Of a stretch of DNA of 64,000 bases, positions 50,354 through 59,183 are shown piece after piece. Made by a program: the position numbers and the translations under genes. Source of the DNA: an uncultured virus (IMG/VR IMGVR_UViG_3300027708_002528) (lineage: Duplodnaviria; Heunggongvirae; Uroviricota; Caudoviricetes); IMG/VR virus record IMGVR_UViG_3300027708_002528; one strand, given 5' to 3'. The first letter of the stretch is position 1; each line of letters opens with the position of its first letter. A model generated the notes under the pieces. That model was given only the letters and a program-made list of their open reading frames with translations. It made no database searches and was not told where the DNA came from.

Positions 50354-50962
50354 ATGATATCACAACAATCCAAACTTACTCAAATTGCGTTAGAGAAAAG
50401 CGGTCTCGATTTAAAGAATTTATCGAGAGAGTCTCTTACATGGTTAGAAAACCGAATGAAAATGTTTTCATTGGTTAATAGAATTCATAGTGGTATTGTT
50501 AAAGAATCTCCAATTAGAGCGGTATCGACATTTAAATTGGGTGGGTTATATCACTTTGCATATGACGCAAGAACAAAAGATGTATTGCCATATTGGGACA
50601 GGTTTCCTTTGTGTATTCCGCTTAAAAGATATGGTGATGGATTTTTAGGGCTAAATTTACATTATTTAAGTCCTAGAATGCGCGCTGCCTTTCTTGATAA
50701 GTTATTACCATTGGCAATAATGAATAGCGACAACGATGTCGTTCGATTGAGAGTCACATATGACATTCTTACATCAACGACGCGATACAAAGAGTTTGAG
50801 CCGTGCGTAAAGCGATATCTGACATCGAATATAAAATCAAAGATATTGGAAGTTCATCCAAACGAATGGGAAGTTAGTTTATTTTTACCGACCGAGCGAT
50901 TTGTTGGAGCGACAAAAAAACAAGTCTATCAAGAATCTGAACAACAAATAAAAAAGGTATAA
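50354..50962 (+). CDS. 2: DNA end protector protein gp2
   Basis: YDARTKDVLPYWDRFPL, GFLGLNLHYL, PCVKRYL, FLPTERF. Confidence 0.92.
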   Translation: MISQQSKLTQIALEKSGLDLKNLSRESLTWLENRMKMFSLVNRIHSGIVKESPIRAVSTFKLGGLYHFAYDARTKDVLPYWDRFPLCIPLKRYGDGFLGLNLHYLSPRMRAAFLDKLLPLAIMNSDNDVVRLRVTYDILTSTTRYKEFEPCVKRYLTSNIKSKILEVHPNEWEVSLFLPTERFVGATKKQVYQESEQQIKKV

Positions 50963-50963
50963 A

Positions 50964-51671
50964 ATGACTGGATCGATTAATGATTTTAAATCCAGCTTTA
51001 AAACTGATGTTGCTCGACCATCTAGATTTGATGTTTCTATTCCTATTCCTTTGACGTTAATACCGTTTATTTCTACCTCTAGACAATTAATCTATCGATG
51101 CGAGGCTGCTCAACTTCCCGGAAGAACTTTTGCAACCGCCGAACAAAAAACATACGGTCCAATTGAGAAATTTCCTTATTTGACTACGTATAATGACATT
51201 GATTTAACGTTTATCGTGTCCAGCGATATGTCAGAAAAAATATTCTTTGATAATTGGTTAAATTATGTCAATCCTTTATATAATAATAACTTTCATTATA
51301 AAGAAGATTATGCAGTACCTCTAACAATTAATCAATATGATTCTCAAGGAAAATTAACATATTCCGTTAATCTCATTGACGCATATCCTGTATCAATGAA
51401 TCAATTAGATTTAGATTGGAGCGCCGATGGACATCACAAACTTGTTATTACTTTCGCGTATACATACTGGAAGAATAACTCCCTGCAAGCCCTCGGTATT
51501 GATGCGCTTGAAGCAGGTATTGCAACTGTTGCTGACCTAATAGGAGGCTTGGGAGGCAATGCGTTGACAGGTTTAGGGACCTCTATAACTGATACTGCAC
51601 TTAATAATATAGCCGGTAACTTAGCCGGTACCGGCGGAATAACACAATATCTAAAAACAAATCCTATTTGA
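50964..51671 (+). CDS. Tail-tube-fold baseplate protein (gp54 / gp19-like)
   Basis: ARPSRFDV, CEAAQLPGR, FFDNW, LIDAYPVSMNQLDLDW, ITFAYTYW. Confidence 0.8.
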   Translation: MTGSINDFKSSFKTDVARPSRFDVSIPIPLTLIPFISTSRQLIYRCEAAQLPGRTFATAEQKTYGPIEKFPYLTTYNDIDLTFIVSSDMSEKIFFDNWLNYVNPLYNNNFHYKEDYAVPLTINQYDSQGKLTYSVNLIDAYPVSMNQLDLDWSADGHHKLVITFAYTYWKNNSLQALGIDALEAGIATVADLIGGLGGNALTGLGTSITDTALNNIAGNLAGTGGITQYLKTNPI

Positions 51672-51698
51672 TATTAAATGAATGATGGAGTTAATAAC

Positions 51699-52421
51699 AT
51701 GTTACCTAAATTAGATACACCAACATATGAACTTGAACTTCCTTTATCAAAGAAAAAAATAAAGTATCGACCATTTTTGGTAAAAGAGCAACGCAATCTA
51801 TTAATGGCAATGGAATCAAGAGAGTCAGAATCGATTGAACGAGCCATTCATGATATTTTAGATGTATGCACTCTAAACGAAAAGATTAATGTAGAAGAAC
51901 TTCCAATACTTGATGTTGAATATTATTTCATTCAATTACGCGCAAAATCGGTAGGTGAAATTGTAGAAGCAAGATATAAATGCAATACCGAAATTGATGA
52001 TGATGAATGCGGCAATATAATGGAAACCAAAATTGATATTTCAAATATCAAAGTAACTAATGATAGTATTCTATCCGATGTGATTCAACTCACAGATGCT
52101 ATTAGTATTAAATTGAAGTATCCTGAATACTCTGTCATTAATAAATCATATGAATATTCCGATCTGTCTGATATGACTTTTAATATGATAGCAAAGAGTA
52201 TTGAATACATTTATGACGGCGACCAATATTACTATGCAAAAGAATTATCGACAAATGATATTGTTAAGTTTCTTGAGGATTTAACAGTTACTCAATTTGC
52301 AAAGATAGAAGACTTCTTTAATAATCTTCCTAAATTAGAACAACATATTAAATTAACATGTAGTAAATGCGGATCAAATCATGATATTACCGTGGAAGGA
52401 TTAGAGAGTTTTTTTTTCTAA
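51699..52421 (+). CDS. 26: Baseplate hub assembly chaperone gp26
   Basis: MLPKLDTPTYELELP, YRPFLVKEQ, LRAKSVGE, C..C, ends EGLESFFF; start chosen from the GGAG RBS. Confidence 0.9.
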   Translation: MLPKLDTPTYELELPLSKKKIKYRPFLVKEQRNLLMAMESRESESIERAIHDILDVCTLNEKINVEELPILDVEYYFIQLRAKSVGEIVEARYKCNTEIDDDECGNIMETKIDISNIKVTNDSILSDVIQLTDAISIKLKYPEYSVINKSYEYSDLSDMTFNMIAKSIEYIYDGDQYYYAKELSTNDIVKFLEDLTVTQFAKIEDFFNNLPKLEQHIKLTCSKCGSNHDITVEGLESFFF

Positions 52422-52609
52422 TATTTCGACATGATAGTTTAAAAAACTATTATAAAACTAATTTCGCTCTAATTCAGCATCACAAATATAGTTTAACAGA
52501 ATTAGATAATATGATACCCTGGGAGCGAGATATTTACGTTACTATGTTAATTCAGTATATTGAGGAGGAAAATCAGAAACTTAAAGAGCGTAATAGTCAA
52601 AGACGATAA
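52418..52609 (+). CDS. 51: gp51-like baseplate hub assembly segment with no suitable start codon; probable -1 frameshift extension of gp26
   Basis: Hand translation LIFRHDSLKNYYKTNFALIQHHKYSLTELDNMIPWERDIYVTMLIQYIEEENQKLKERNSQRR*; absent from the ORF track. Confidence 0.8.
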   Translation, partial: LIFRHDSLKNYYKTNFALIQHHKYSLTELDNMIPWERDIYVTMLIQYIEEENQKLKERNSQRR

Positions 52610-54018
52610 TGAAACTACCTGGATTTAAATTATCAACATCAACAAAAGACTTATTATCAAATAAGTTAGGAAGCGTTTTTTCGGCGATGCGCGATAAGTT
52701 TGAACCTTCTAAAATTGCAACCTCAATATCAAAAAAAGAATCAACTATTCCTTTAGCGAATAAAAACGTATTTGATAAGTATCGCGTCAATCCCGATACT
52801 AAAATGAATAAGTTAAATTCTATTTTAGATTTTAGATTAGGAGCGGCACCAACCTCTGAGATTATTTCAGGCCCCGCATCCAAGATACTAACTCAGGTTT
52901 ATAAATTACTAGTTAGAATTGAAGAGACGAGAACTCTCCGAGATGAGCTTAGACTCGATAAAATCGAAGAAGAAATGGTGGAGGATGATAAACGAAATGA
53001 AGAAATTATTGATGCAATTAAACACATAAAGCCAGTCGTAACTACTAAACGTAAAAAAACCACCGCACCGGTTACCTTACCGAAGCCACCAATTCCTTCT
53101 GGAAAACCTCCTTCGGCTCCTGCCCCAACTCCACCAGCACCTCCTACCCCACCAACTACTACTAGAATTCCTCCTGGCACTACTCCAGCCAAACCTTCAG
53201 TACCTGTTAATATTCCTAAAGTTGTTATTGGGGCTGGTGTTGGATTAGCTCCTGTTTTAAGTAAATCGGAAAGTTCTAGCTATGATCAATTAGTCTATCC
53301 TAATAAAGATTACAGAAAGACGGCTCCATCGAAAGCACCGTTAACTAAGATGAGCATCGATGAAGTTTTAAAATACCAAGAGACTATGCGAAAAAGCGGA
53401 AAATATCCTAGCACGGCGGTCGGTAAATATCAGATAGTAAATGGTACTTTAATAGAAGCGATCAAAACATTAAAGTTGAATAAAGCCGATGTGTTTGATG
53501 AAAAAATGCAAGATAGAATTTACTATGAGTTTTTGACTGGATCTAAGCCAGGAAGATCAAAATTGAATGCATACTTAAAAGGAAAGGTTCCCGATACTCC
53601 TGAAAATTTAGAAGCCGCTCAATTAGAGATGGCGCAGGAATTTGCATCTTGGCCGGTACCAAAAGATTTTATAGACTCTCGCGGAAAATTGCATAAAAAA
53701 GGATTCTCTTATTATGACCGCAATGGAGTCGATAAAGCTAGTGTTACTATAGAACAATCCGCTAGAGCATTGCGAGAAGAGAGACTTCTTAGGACTAAGA
53801 AAACTCCACAATCAAATGAGAATAATTTACCTACTAAAACACCTATGGGAGATAATCTCAGTGAAATTTCGAAAGAATATGAAGGTATGTTTCCTAGAGA
53901 TGAGATTGCAACCAGGACCATAACAATCATTACTGATTCTCCTGTATATGCTGCGTCTAGTCCTAAATCTATCCCATCTCCAAATAAAATAGACGATGAA
54001 CCTTCAATATTAGGATAA
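52609..54018 (+). CDS. Tape-measure-like / baseplate-core protein with a Pro-rich linker and lysozyme-like domain
   Basis: SESSSYD...MSIDEVL.YQ...STAVGKYQIV..TL...FDEKMQD...AQEFASWP resembles lambda-type muramidase domains; TAATG overlap with the gp51-like stop. Confidence 0.65.
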   Translation: MKLPGFKLSTSTKDLLSNKLGSVFSAMRDKFEPSKIATSISKKESTIPLANKNVFDKYRVNPDTKMNKLNSILDFRLGAAPTSEIISGPASKILTQVYKLLVRIEETRTLRDELRLDKIEEEMVEDDKRNEEIIDAIKHIKPVVTTKRKKTTAPVTLPKPPIPSGKPPSAPAPTPPAPPTPPTTTRIPPGTTPAKPSVPVNIPKVVIGAGVGLAPVLSKSESSSYDQLVYPNKDYRKTAPSKAPLTKMSIDEVLKYQETMRKSGKYPSTAVGKYQIVNGTLIEAIKTLKLNKADVFDEKMQDRIYYEFLTGSKPGRSKLNAYLKGKVPDTPENLEAAQLEMAQEFASWPVPKDFIDSRGKLHKKGFSYYDRNGVDKASVTIEQSARALREERLLRTKKTPQSNENNLPTKTPMGDNLSEISKEYEGMFPRDEIATRTITIITDSPVYAASSPKSIPSPNKIDDEPSILG

Positions 54019-54022
54019 TAAA

Positions 54023-55489
54023 ATGGAACCAAATAATCGTTACGGAAAAGATAGCACAATGGCATCATTAGTTGATACTATGATTCGCCGTATGGGTCCT
54101 ATGAACGTTGGTAAATATTTGGCTACCGACTATAAACAATCTCAGTCGATTGAAAGAAATGATTTTCAAAGATTAACATCCGAGTCTAAAAGTGATGGTG
54201 TGGATTTCATCCTAACTAAGATATATGGGTATCTGGAGAAACGATATAGCCAAGATAAACTTAAAGATGAATTAGACTCCAACAAACTAGAAGAAAAAGA
54301 ATTGGCATCTAAACGTCGGCACGATAAACTTCTTGATGCTCTACGTAAGCTTAAATTAAAAGTAGAGATTAAATCGGATAATATTGAAACACAAGCACCT
54401 TCTTTTGGTTTGCCTATGTTTGGTGGAGCCGGATTGAGAGGTTTATTTGGAAATTCAGAAGGACGTAAGGTTTCTGAAAAAGAAAAGGTTAAGGAAAAGG
54501 TTTCCGAAAAGAAAAAAACTGAAGAACGTAAAGCTAAAGGTAATAAAGTTTCTTCTCCTAAGAAAGTACAACCTCCTTCCAAGGCACCTCCTCCCAAAAG
54601 CAAAATAAGATTGGCGGCTGAGAAGTTACGAGCGAGATTGAAAGGATTTCAGAGCGGTACCTTAAAACTTGCAGGCAAGACTCTTAACATTCTCATGGTT
54701 GCTAATTTGTTAATGGAGATAGACTCCGCGATTGCCGATAGAGATGCTGGTAAGATTGATGACACTCAAATGAAAAGACGAATTACCTCGGCAATCGCAT
54801 CTGTAGGTGGAGGAATTGCCGGAGCCGAATTGGGAGCGTTCGTCGGAACTCTTATGGGAGGACCTTTAATAGGTGGTATTCCAGGAGGTCTTGCTGGAGC
54901 CTGGTTAGGAAGCACGAAAGGAGAGGAATTAGGTAAAGCGATATTCGATACACTTGAGGATGATAATCCTGATTGGGAAAAATTCCTTAAAAATCTCAGA
55001 ATGCAGATGAAGTATGGAGATGAAGCTAAGGAGCCTGTCAAGCTTCCCCCTCAAGGAGATTTTAATCCTAGAGCCGACAAAGATCCTTATAACGGAGGAC
55101 CTGTTGTTCGCGGTAATATAAAACCTGCAGATGTGACTAATCCAAACCCCGTTAAGGGATTAGGAACTCAAACAGTATCTGGAAAAATAACACCGGCCGC
55201 AGCGCCTGCTCCTTCACCTCCAGAACCACCTCCTATGCCTGCCAGGCGTGGGAAGATTCCTGATCCTGTGCCTCCAGCAACCACAAGTAGATTGGAGAGT
55301 GTCATCGGAACTAATCGAGAAATGAAACTGTCGGCAATGACACCTAAGGATGAATCTGTCGTCATCGATAATAGAACTCAAGTTGCTAGTCCTAAAGACA
55401 ATTCAACTCCGATGTTGAGTCTGCCTCCAGTTAGAAACCCCGAAAAAGCATATCGCTCGGTTATTCAGTACAATACGCGAGTTGTATAA
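54023..55489 (+). CDS. Tape-measure-like (gp29-like) protein
   Basis: Coiled coil, Lys-rich tract, glycine-zipper hydrophobic segment (GGGIAGAELGAFVGTLMGGPLIGGIPGGLAGAWLG), Pro-rich C-terminus. Confidence 0.55.
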   Translation: MEPNNRYGKDSTMASLVDTMIRRMGPMNVGKYLATDYKQSQSIERNDFQRLTSESKSDGVDFILTKIYGYLEKRYSQDKLKDELDSNKLEEKELASKRRHDKLLDALRKLKLKVEIKSDNIETQAPSFGLPMFGGAGLRGLFGNSEGRKVSEKEKVKEKVSEKKKTEERKAKGNKVSSPKKVQPPSKAPPPKSKIRLAAEKLRARLKGFQSGTLKLAGKTLNILMVANLLMEIDSAIADRDAGKIDDTQMKRRITSAIASVGGGIAGAELGAFVGTLMGGPLIGGIPGGLAGAWLGSTKGEELGKAIFDTLEDDNPDWEKFLKNLRMQMKYGDEAKEPVKLPPQGDFNPRADKDPYNGGPVVRGNIKPADVTNPNPVKGLGTQTVSGKITPAAAPAPSPPEPPPMPARRGKIPDPVPPATTSRLESVIGTNREMKLSAMTPKDESVVIDNRTQVASPKDNSTPMLSLPPVRNPEKAYRSVIQYNTRVV

Positions 55490-55509
55490 AAAACCCCGCT
55501 TTCGCGGGG
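55488..55509 (-). terminator. Rho-independent terminator after gp32, at the convergence point
   Basis: Minus strand CCCCGC-GAAA-GCGGGG-TTTTTT. Confidence 0.85.
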
Positions 55510-55516
55510 CAGGTGC

Positions 55517-56401
55517 TTATTCGTCCTCGGCTAGAGCCTTGAAGTAATCCATATCATCTTCGTCTTCAGTATCTACCCTACTTTCGGTATATTCTTTGGG
55601 ACTTGATGCTTCTTTGAACTTAGCCTGTTCCACTGTAGTACGTGGAGCCGATCCGTTTAGACCGAGAACTTTATCCAACTTAGCCTTGAGTTCGTCATAT
55701 GACTTGAAGTTGGATGGAAGTAGAAACTCTTTGAGAGAATATTCTTTCTTCCAAAGCTGTTCAAGCTTACCGTCATCACCATTGAAAATAGCCGAAGGTG
55801 AATCAAACTCAGACTTATCGTAATTCTGATAACCCTCAACTTTACGAATCTTGAGCTTGAAGTTAGCACCAGACCAGAAGTCAAATGGATTGATCGCCTT
55901 TTCATCCTCGAATTGAGGATTCATTGCCTCGGTGATTTTATCGAAGATTTTCTTTCCATAACGAAACAGAAAAACCTTTCCCTCATTCTCAGGATTTTTT
56001 GAATCCTCAATCACGAGAATGTTAGAGATGTACTTGAGGCGACGTTTCTGCTCGCGAGCAATACCCTTGTTCGCTTCGATTCCAGAATTCCATAGCAAAG
56101 AATTATATTCCGAAACAGGATCCTTTTGATTCAGTGTAGTGAGAGAATTCTCAATATACCAGCCACCAGGACCTTTGAAACCATGATCAAAGATTTTGAC
56201 CCAAGGAAGAGCATCCTCACCATCTGCCGCAGGTGAAGGAAGGAATCGAATAACAGCATAGCCATTGCCAGCCTTATCGATCTCGGGCTTCCAGAAATTG
56301 TCATCTTTGGATTGTCCACCCTCAGAACTGAGGGCTTCTACGGCTTTCGCGAGTTTATCGAGATTGCCAGAATTACGTTTTAGATTTGCAAATGAACTCA
56401 T
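55517..56401 (-). CDS. 32: Single-stranded DNA-binding protein gp32
   Basis: GNGYAVIRFLP, GGWYIENSLTT, GKKIFDKI, GANFKLKIRKVEGYQNYDKSEF, acidic tail. Confidence 0.96.
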   Translation of the reverse strand: MSSFANLKRNSGNLDKLAKAVEALSSEGGQSKDDNFWKPEIDKAGNGYAVIRFLPSPAADGEDALPWVKIFDHGFKGPGGWYIENSLTTLNQKDPVSEYNSLLWNSGIEANKGIAREQKRRLKYISNILVIEDSKNPENEGKVFLFRYGKKIFDKITEAMNPQFEDEKAINPFDFWSGANFKLKIRKVEGYQNYDKSEFDSPSAIFNGDDGKLEQLWKKEYSLKEFLLPSNFKSYDELKAKLDKVLGLNGSAPRTTVEQAKFKEASSPKEYTESRVDTEDEDDMDYFKALAEDE

Positions 56402-56495
56402 TGTATTTCCTTATTAACGGTGTATTAGCGGTGTATGTCACTTTATCATAATCAACTACAGTATGGTGATACGAAAATATATATCCCCAATGTTC

Positions 56496-57023
56496 TTATT
56501 TTTTAAGGTAATCAATAACGAGATTGAATTCTTTATTGAATCGATGATCAGCGCCTGGTACAATCACATAATCAACATTCTTATCTTTACATTCTTGAAT
56601 GCATTTAGTATGATCGATGACAGAATCTTCCTCAGCAAAATAATACTTGTGTTTAGGATTAACTTCAAGCTTACTGTATTTACTCAGTAGACTTTCATCG
56701 ACCCCATATTTTTTGAGTGAAGTGCTTGGATCATATGATGGGTTGATCACCACAGCATTGCAATCATACATACTGGCGATCTTCGATGCATACCAACCAC
56801 CGAGTGAAGTACCGACAACTGTCATTGAAGTATTACCGGCAACTTTATCGATCAGAAGATTATCGATTTTATCGGTCAACGATTCGATAGCTATCTCTGG
56901 ATCGAGTGATGCATCAAAGCAATACGCTTCAAATCCAGCATCCTGCAGTTCTTTTAGCTTCGAAGTATTCGAACTAGAGCCGAAACCGTGACAATAAATT
57001 ACAAGTTTATCGGGAATATTCAT
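56496..57023 (-). CDS. YqiA/UPF0227-like alpha/beta-hydrolase (esterase)
   Basis: YCHGFGSS, VGTSLGGWYA (GxSxG), AVVINPS, DSVID, GADHRF. Confidence 0.85.
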   Translation of the reverse strand: MNIPDKLVIYCHGFGSSSNTSKLKELQDAGFEAYCFDASLDPEIAIESLTDKIDNLLIDKVAGNTSMTVVGTSLGGWYASKIASMYDCNAVVINPSYDPSTSLKKYGVDESLLSKYSKLEVNPKHKYYFAEEDSVIDHTKCIQECKDKNVDYVIVPGADHRFNKEFNLVIDYLKK

Positions 57024-57045
57024 AATGTCTTACCTCACAAACACA

Positions 57046-57074
57046 ATTATAGCAAGCTTGTATCATATTGTCAA
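57046..57074 (-). promoter_or_regulatory. Consensus sigma70 promoter with extended -10
   Basis: Minus strand TTGACA, 17 nt, TATAAT, with TGn before the -10; upstream of the esterase and gp32. Confidence 0.88.
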
Positions 57075-57103
57075 CAATTTTTTTACGATAAAACCGGCAA
57101 ACA

Positions 57104-57649
57104 TTATTCTTTGGGGTGACCCATCATGGTTTTGGTATGCATATGACCTCCAATGGATCTATCGTAACTCTCGCCGTCTTTGTGGGGAATTACATGCTTA
57201 TTGAGTAGTTTTCCAGCTTTATTTGCCGGAATAACCGGTACTCCCATCTTGGTTTGCAGATGTTTTGCCGCCCCAGATACTTCTCCCCATGCACGTTTTT
57301 GCTCATGATCTTCTAATTTTGTCTTTTTCCAGTCCGCTTTACCCTGCTCAGTTCCATCAGTTCCGGAAGCAATAGACTTCCTTCCATGTTGTTTCTTATA
57401 AAGATTAACTGAACTGATCTTACCATTTCGTTTAGTTGCCTTTATAACTGAATGGGTAATATCATGATGAATAGCATCAGACTCTTCTTTAGATCCTGAT
57501 TTATGTCCGGAATAACCACCTATACCTGAATATGATTTATGAAGAATATCATGTATTTCTTCTCGATGTTTTTCTCTATGGGATTCTTGATCTGGATGCA
57601 GACCTATCGATATAACACGTTCAATGATAAAATCTTTAAACTTTTCCAT
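57104..57649 (-). CDS. Hypothetical His/Lys-rich protein, candidate internal head protein
   Basis: Starts MEKFKDFIIE; has its own late promoter and a GAGG RBS. Confidence 0.65.
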   Translation of the reverse strand: MEKFKDFIIERVISIGLHPDQESHREKHREEIHDILHKSYSGIGGYSGHKSGSKEESDAIHHDITHSVIKATKRNGKISSVNLYKKQHGRKSIASGTDGTEQGKADWKKTKLEDHEQKRAWGEVSGAAKHLQTKMGVPVIPANKAGKLLNKHVIPHKDGESYDRSIGGHMHTKTMMGHPKE

Positions 57650-57675
57650 GAGAAAACCTCGGTATGTAGATATAA

Positions 57676-57683
57676 TATTTATA
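57676..57683 (-). promoter_or_regulatory. Late promoter TATAAATA
   Basis: Exact consensus about 27 nt above the 57649 start. Confidence 0.75.
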
Positions 57684-58184
57684 TTAATCAGTACCGATGC
57701 TGTGTTTGTTCAATTGATTCAATGTTTTAGATAGTGTGGTGTGTAGAATACCAACACCTCCAGCATCATTCCATTGATCAATATTTGATTTTGTATCGTC
57801 AATTAGAATTGCATCTGGTTTTGCGTACTTCCATTTGAATCGTTTTCCCGGAACATAATTTCTGCGATAGTATACATGATGAGTATCACACCAGATATTT
57901 TTCTGTCTGGAGATTTCATCATACTTATCTTCGGTGGCAGTAGACGATAGAATCTCAATAGAAACATTTTTATAGGTCTTCATCTTGGCGAGAAGTCCTT
58001 GTGCACCGGGCATCCAATCTAGAGTCGCGAATTGTTGAGTGCCAATGAACTCATCAAAATACTTTTGAAATACTTTACTCTTTTCAGCCTCAGATGGATG
58101 CATGTTATAAAGTTCTTGGTATCTCCGAACGAAGTCACAGAGAACTCCATCTAAATCCAAATAGATAGTATTAATTTTTGACAT
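57684..58184 (-). CDS. HAD-family 5'(3')-deoxyribonucleotidase-like protein
   Basis: IYLDLDGVLCDF, ILSS, ILIDD...NIDQW..AGG.GILH. Confidence 0.85.
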   Translation of the reverse strand: MSKINTIYLDLDGVLCDFVRRYQELYNMHPSEAEKSKVFQKYFDEFIGTQQFATLDWMPGAQGLLAKMKTYKNVSIEILSSTATEDKYDEISRQKNIWCDTHHVYYRRNYVPGKRFKWKYAKPDAILIDDTKSNIDQWNDAGGVGILHTTLSKTLNQLNKHSIGTD

Positions 58185-58779
58185 TTTCTTTCGCCTTATT
58201 TTTTAAGGTTTCTTTAAACTTGGTTTTGTCATAAAGGCTTTGCATAAAGGGAGAATACTTTTTGATACGTTTTGCTTGTGTAGGAAAGATGACATCATCT
58301 GATATTTTTTTCTCCCATACTGGAAGAAAATTCAATAAGTCATTTAGAATAACAACAGTCTCTAACCTTATCTCATGAAAATTTAATAGTTCAAGTAATA
58401 CAGGGTATTCTCCTGCATCACCTGGCTTGAACACATTAGATTCTGAATCAAATATCTTATCAAGGTCTTGATTAAATATATAGCTCAGAGACTGTGTTAT
58501 TTTTTTCCAACTCGCAAAGCAATCATCCGCAACATCTCCGCTTAAGTCTCCTATCCACAGATTAGAATTCCTGATTAAATTTGAAATCAAAAATCCAATC
58601 AACTCATCATTCGAATATCGTCTAGATAGTTTATAGAAACTGAATTTATTCTTATGCGTCCTGAAACTATCCTGACTAATGAAATTTGTCTTACCGTTAT
58701 ATTTAAAGTAATCGTATGAATCTGAATTGAAATGTAGCTTCAATGCAGTGAACAACTTATACGTTTCGTAACCATCCAT
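58171..58779 (-). CDS. 59: Helicase loader gp59
   Basis: YKLFTALKLHF...YDYFKYNGK, FYKLSRRY, IRLETVVIL, KKYSPF. Confidence 0.88.
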   Translation of the reverse strand: MDGYETYKLFTALKLHFNSDSYDYFKYNGKTNFISQDSFRTHKNKFSFYKLSRRYSNDELIGFLISNLIRNSNLWIGDLSGDVADDCFASWKKITQSLSYIFNQDLDKIFDSESNVFKPGDAGEYPVLLELLNFHEIRLETVVILNDLLNFLPVWEKKISDDVIFPTQAKRIKKYSPFMQSLYDKTKFKETLKNKAKENVKN

Positions 58780-58780
58780 A

Positions 58781-59005
58781 TTATATAGGCAATTTAGGTT
58801 GCTTTTTGAGCATGTTTAGTTCTTGAGCCTCCTCAGATATCTTTGCCTTGAGAGGGGCGGTGATCAGAGTAGCAGCAACTTCGACCTCTAATCCAGTAAT
58901 CTCACAATGATGCAGGATGGCTTCCATGTATCCGATGCGTTTCTCTTTTGAGAGTTTTTCAATCAGAATAGAAAATGTTCTAATCTCATCTTTATTCGCC
59001 ATCAA
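58781..59005 (-). CDS. 33: Late-transcription coactivator gp33
   Basis: FSILIE...YMEAILHHCE...LKAKISEEAQELNML...KLPI. Confidence 0.88.
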   Translation of the reverse strand: MMANKDEIRTFSILIEKLSKEKRIGYMEAILHHCEITGLEVEVAATLITAPLKAKISEEAQELNMLKKQPKLPI

Positions 59006-59183
59006 AGATTCTCCAGTAAATACTTCCTATGAAAACATATAGCTCTCCCACATCTTCATCGCTTAGAAACATCGAAGATTGACTATAGGGAAGAATCCCT
59101 GGAGGAACTTCAGTCCGATCATCATCTTTTCTCATAGTGAGCATCCATTCATCGCCATGCTTTCTGATACTGAATTTATCCAT
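58992..59183 (-). CDS. Small hypothetical protein
   Basis: 63 aa from the ATG at 59183; fills the SleB-gp33 gap with short overlaps. Confidence 0.55.
   Translation of the reverse strand: MDKFSIRKHGDEWMLTMRKDDDRTEVPPGILPYSQSSMFLSDEDVGELYVFIGSIYWRIFDGE

Noticed and set aside
52431..52442. ATG at 52431 as the gp51 start
   Set aside because: It is in the gp26 frame and reads only Met-Ile-Val-stop; the gp51-like sequence is in the -1 frame.
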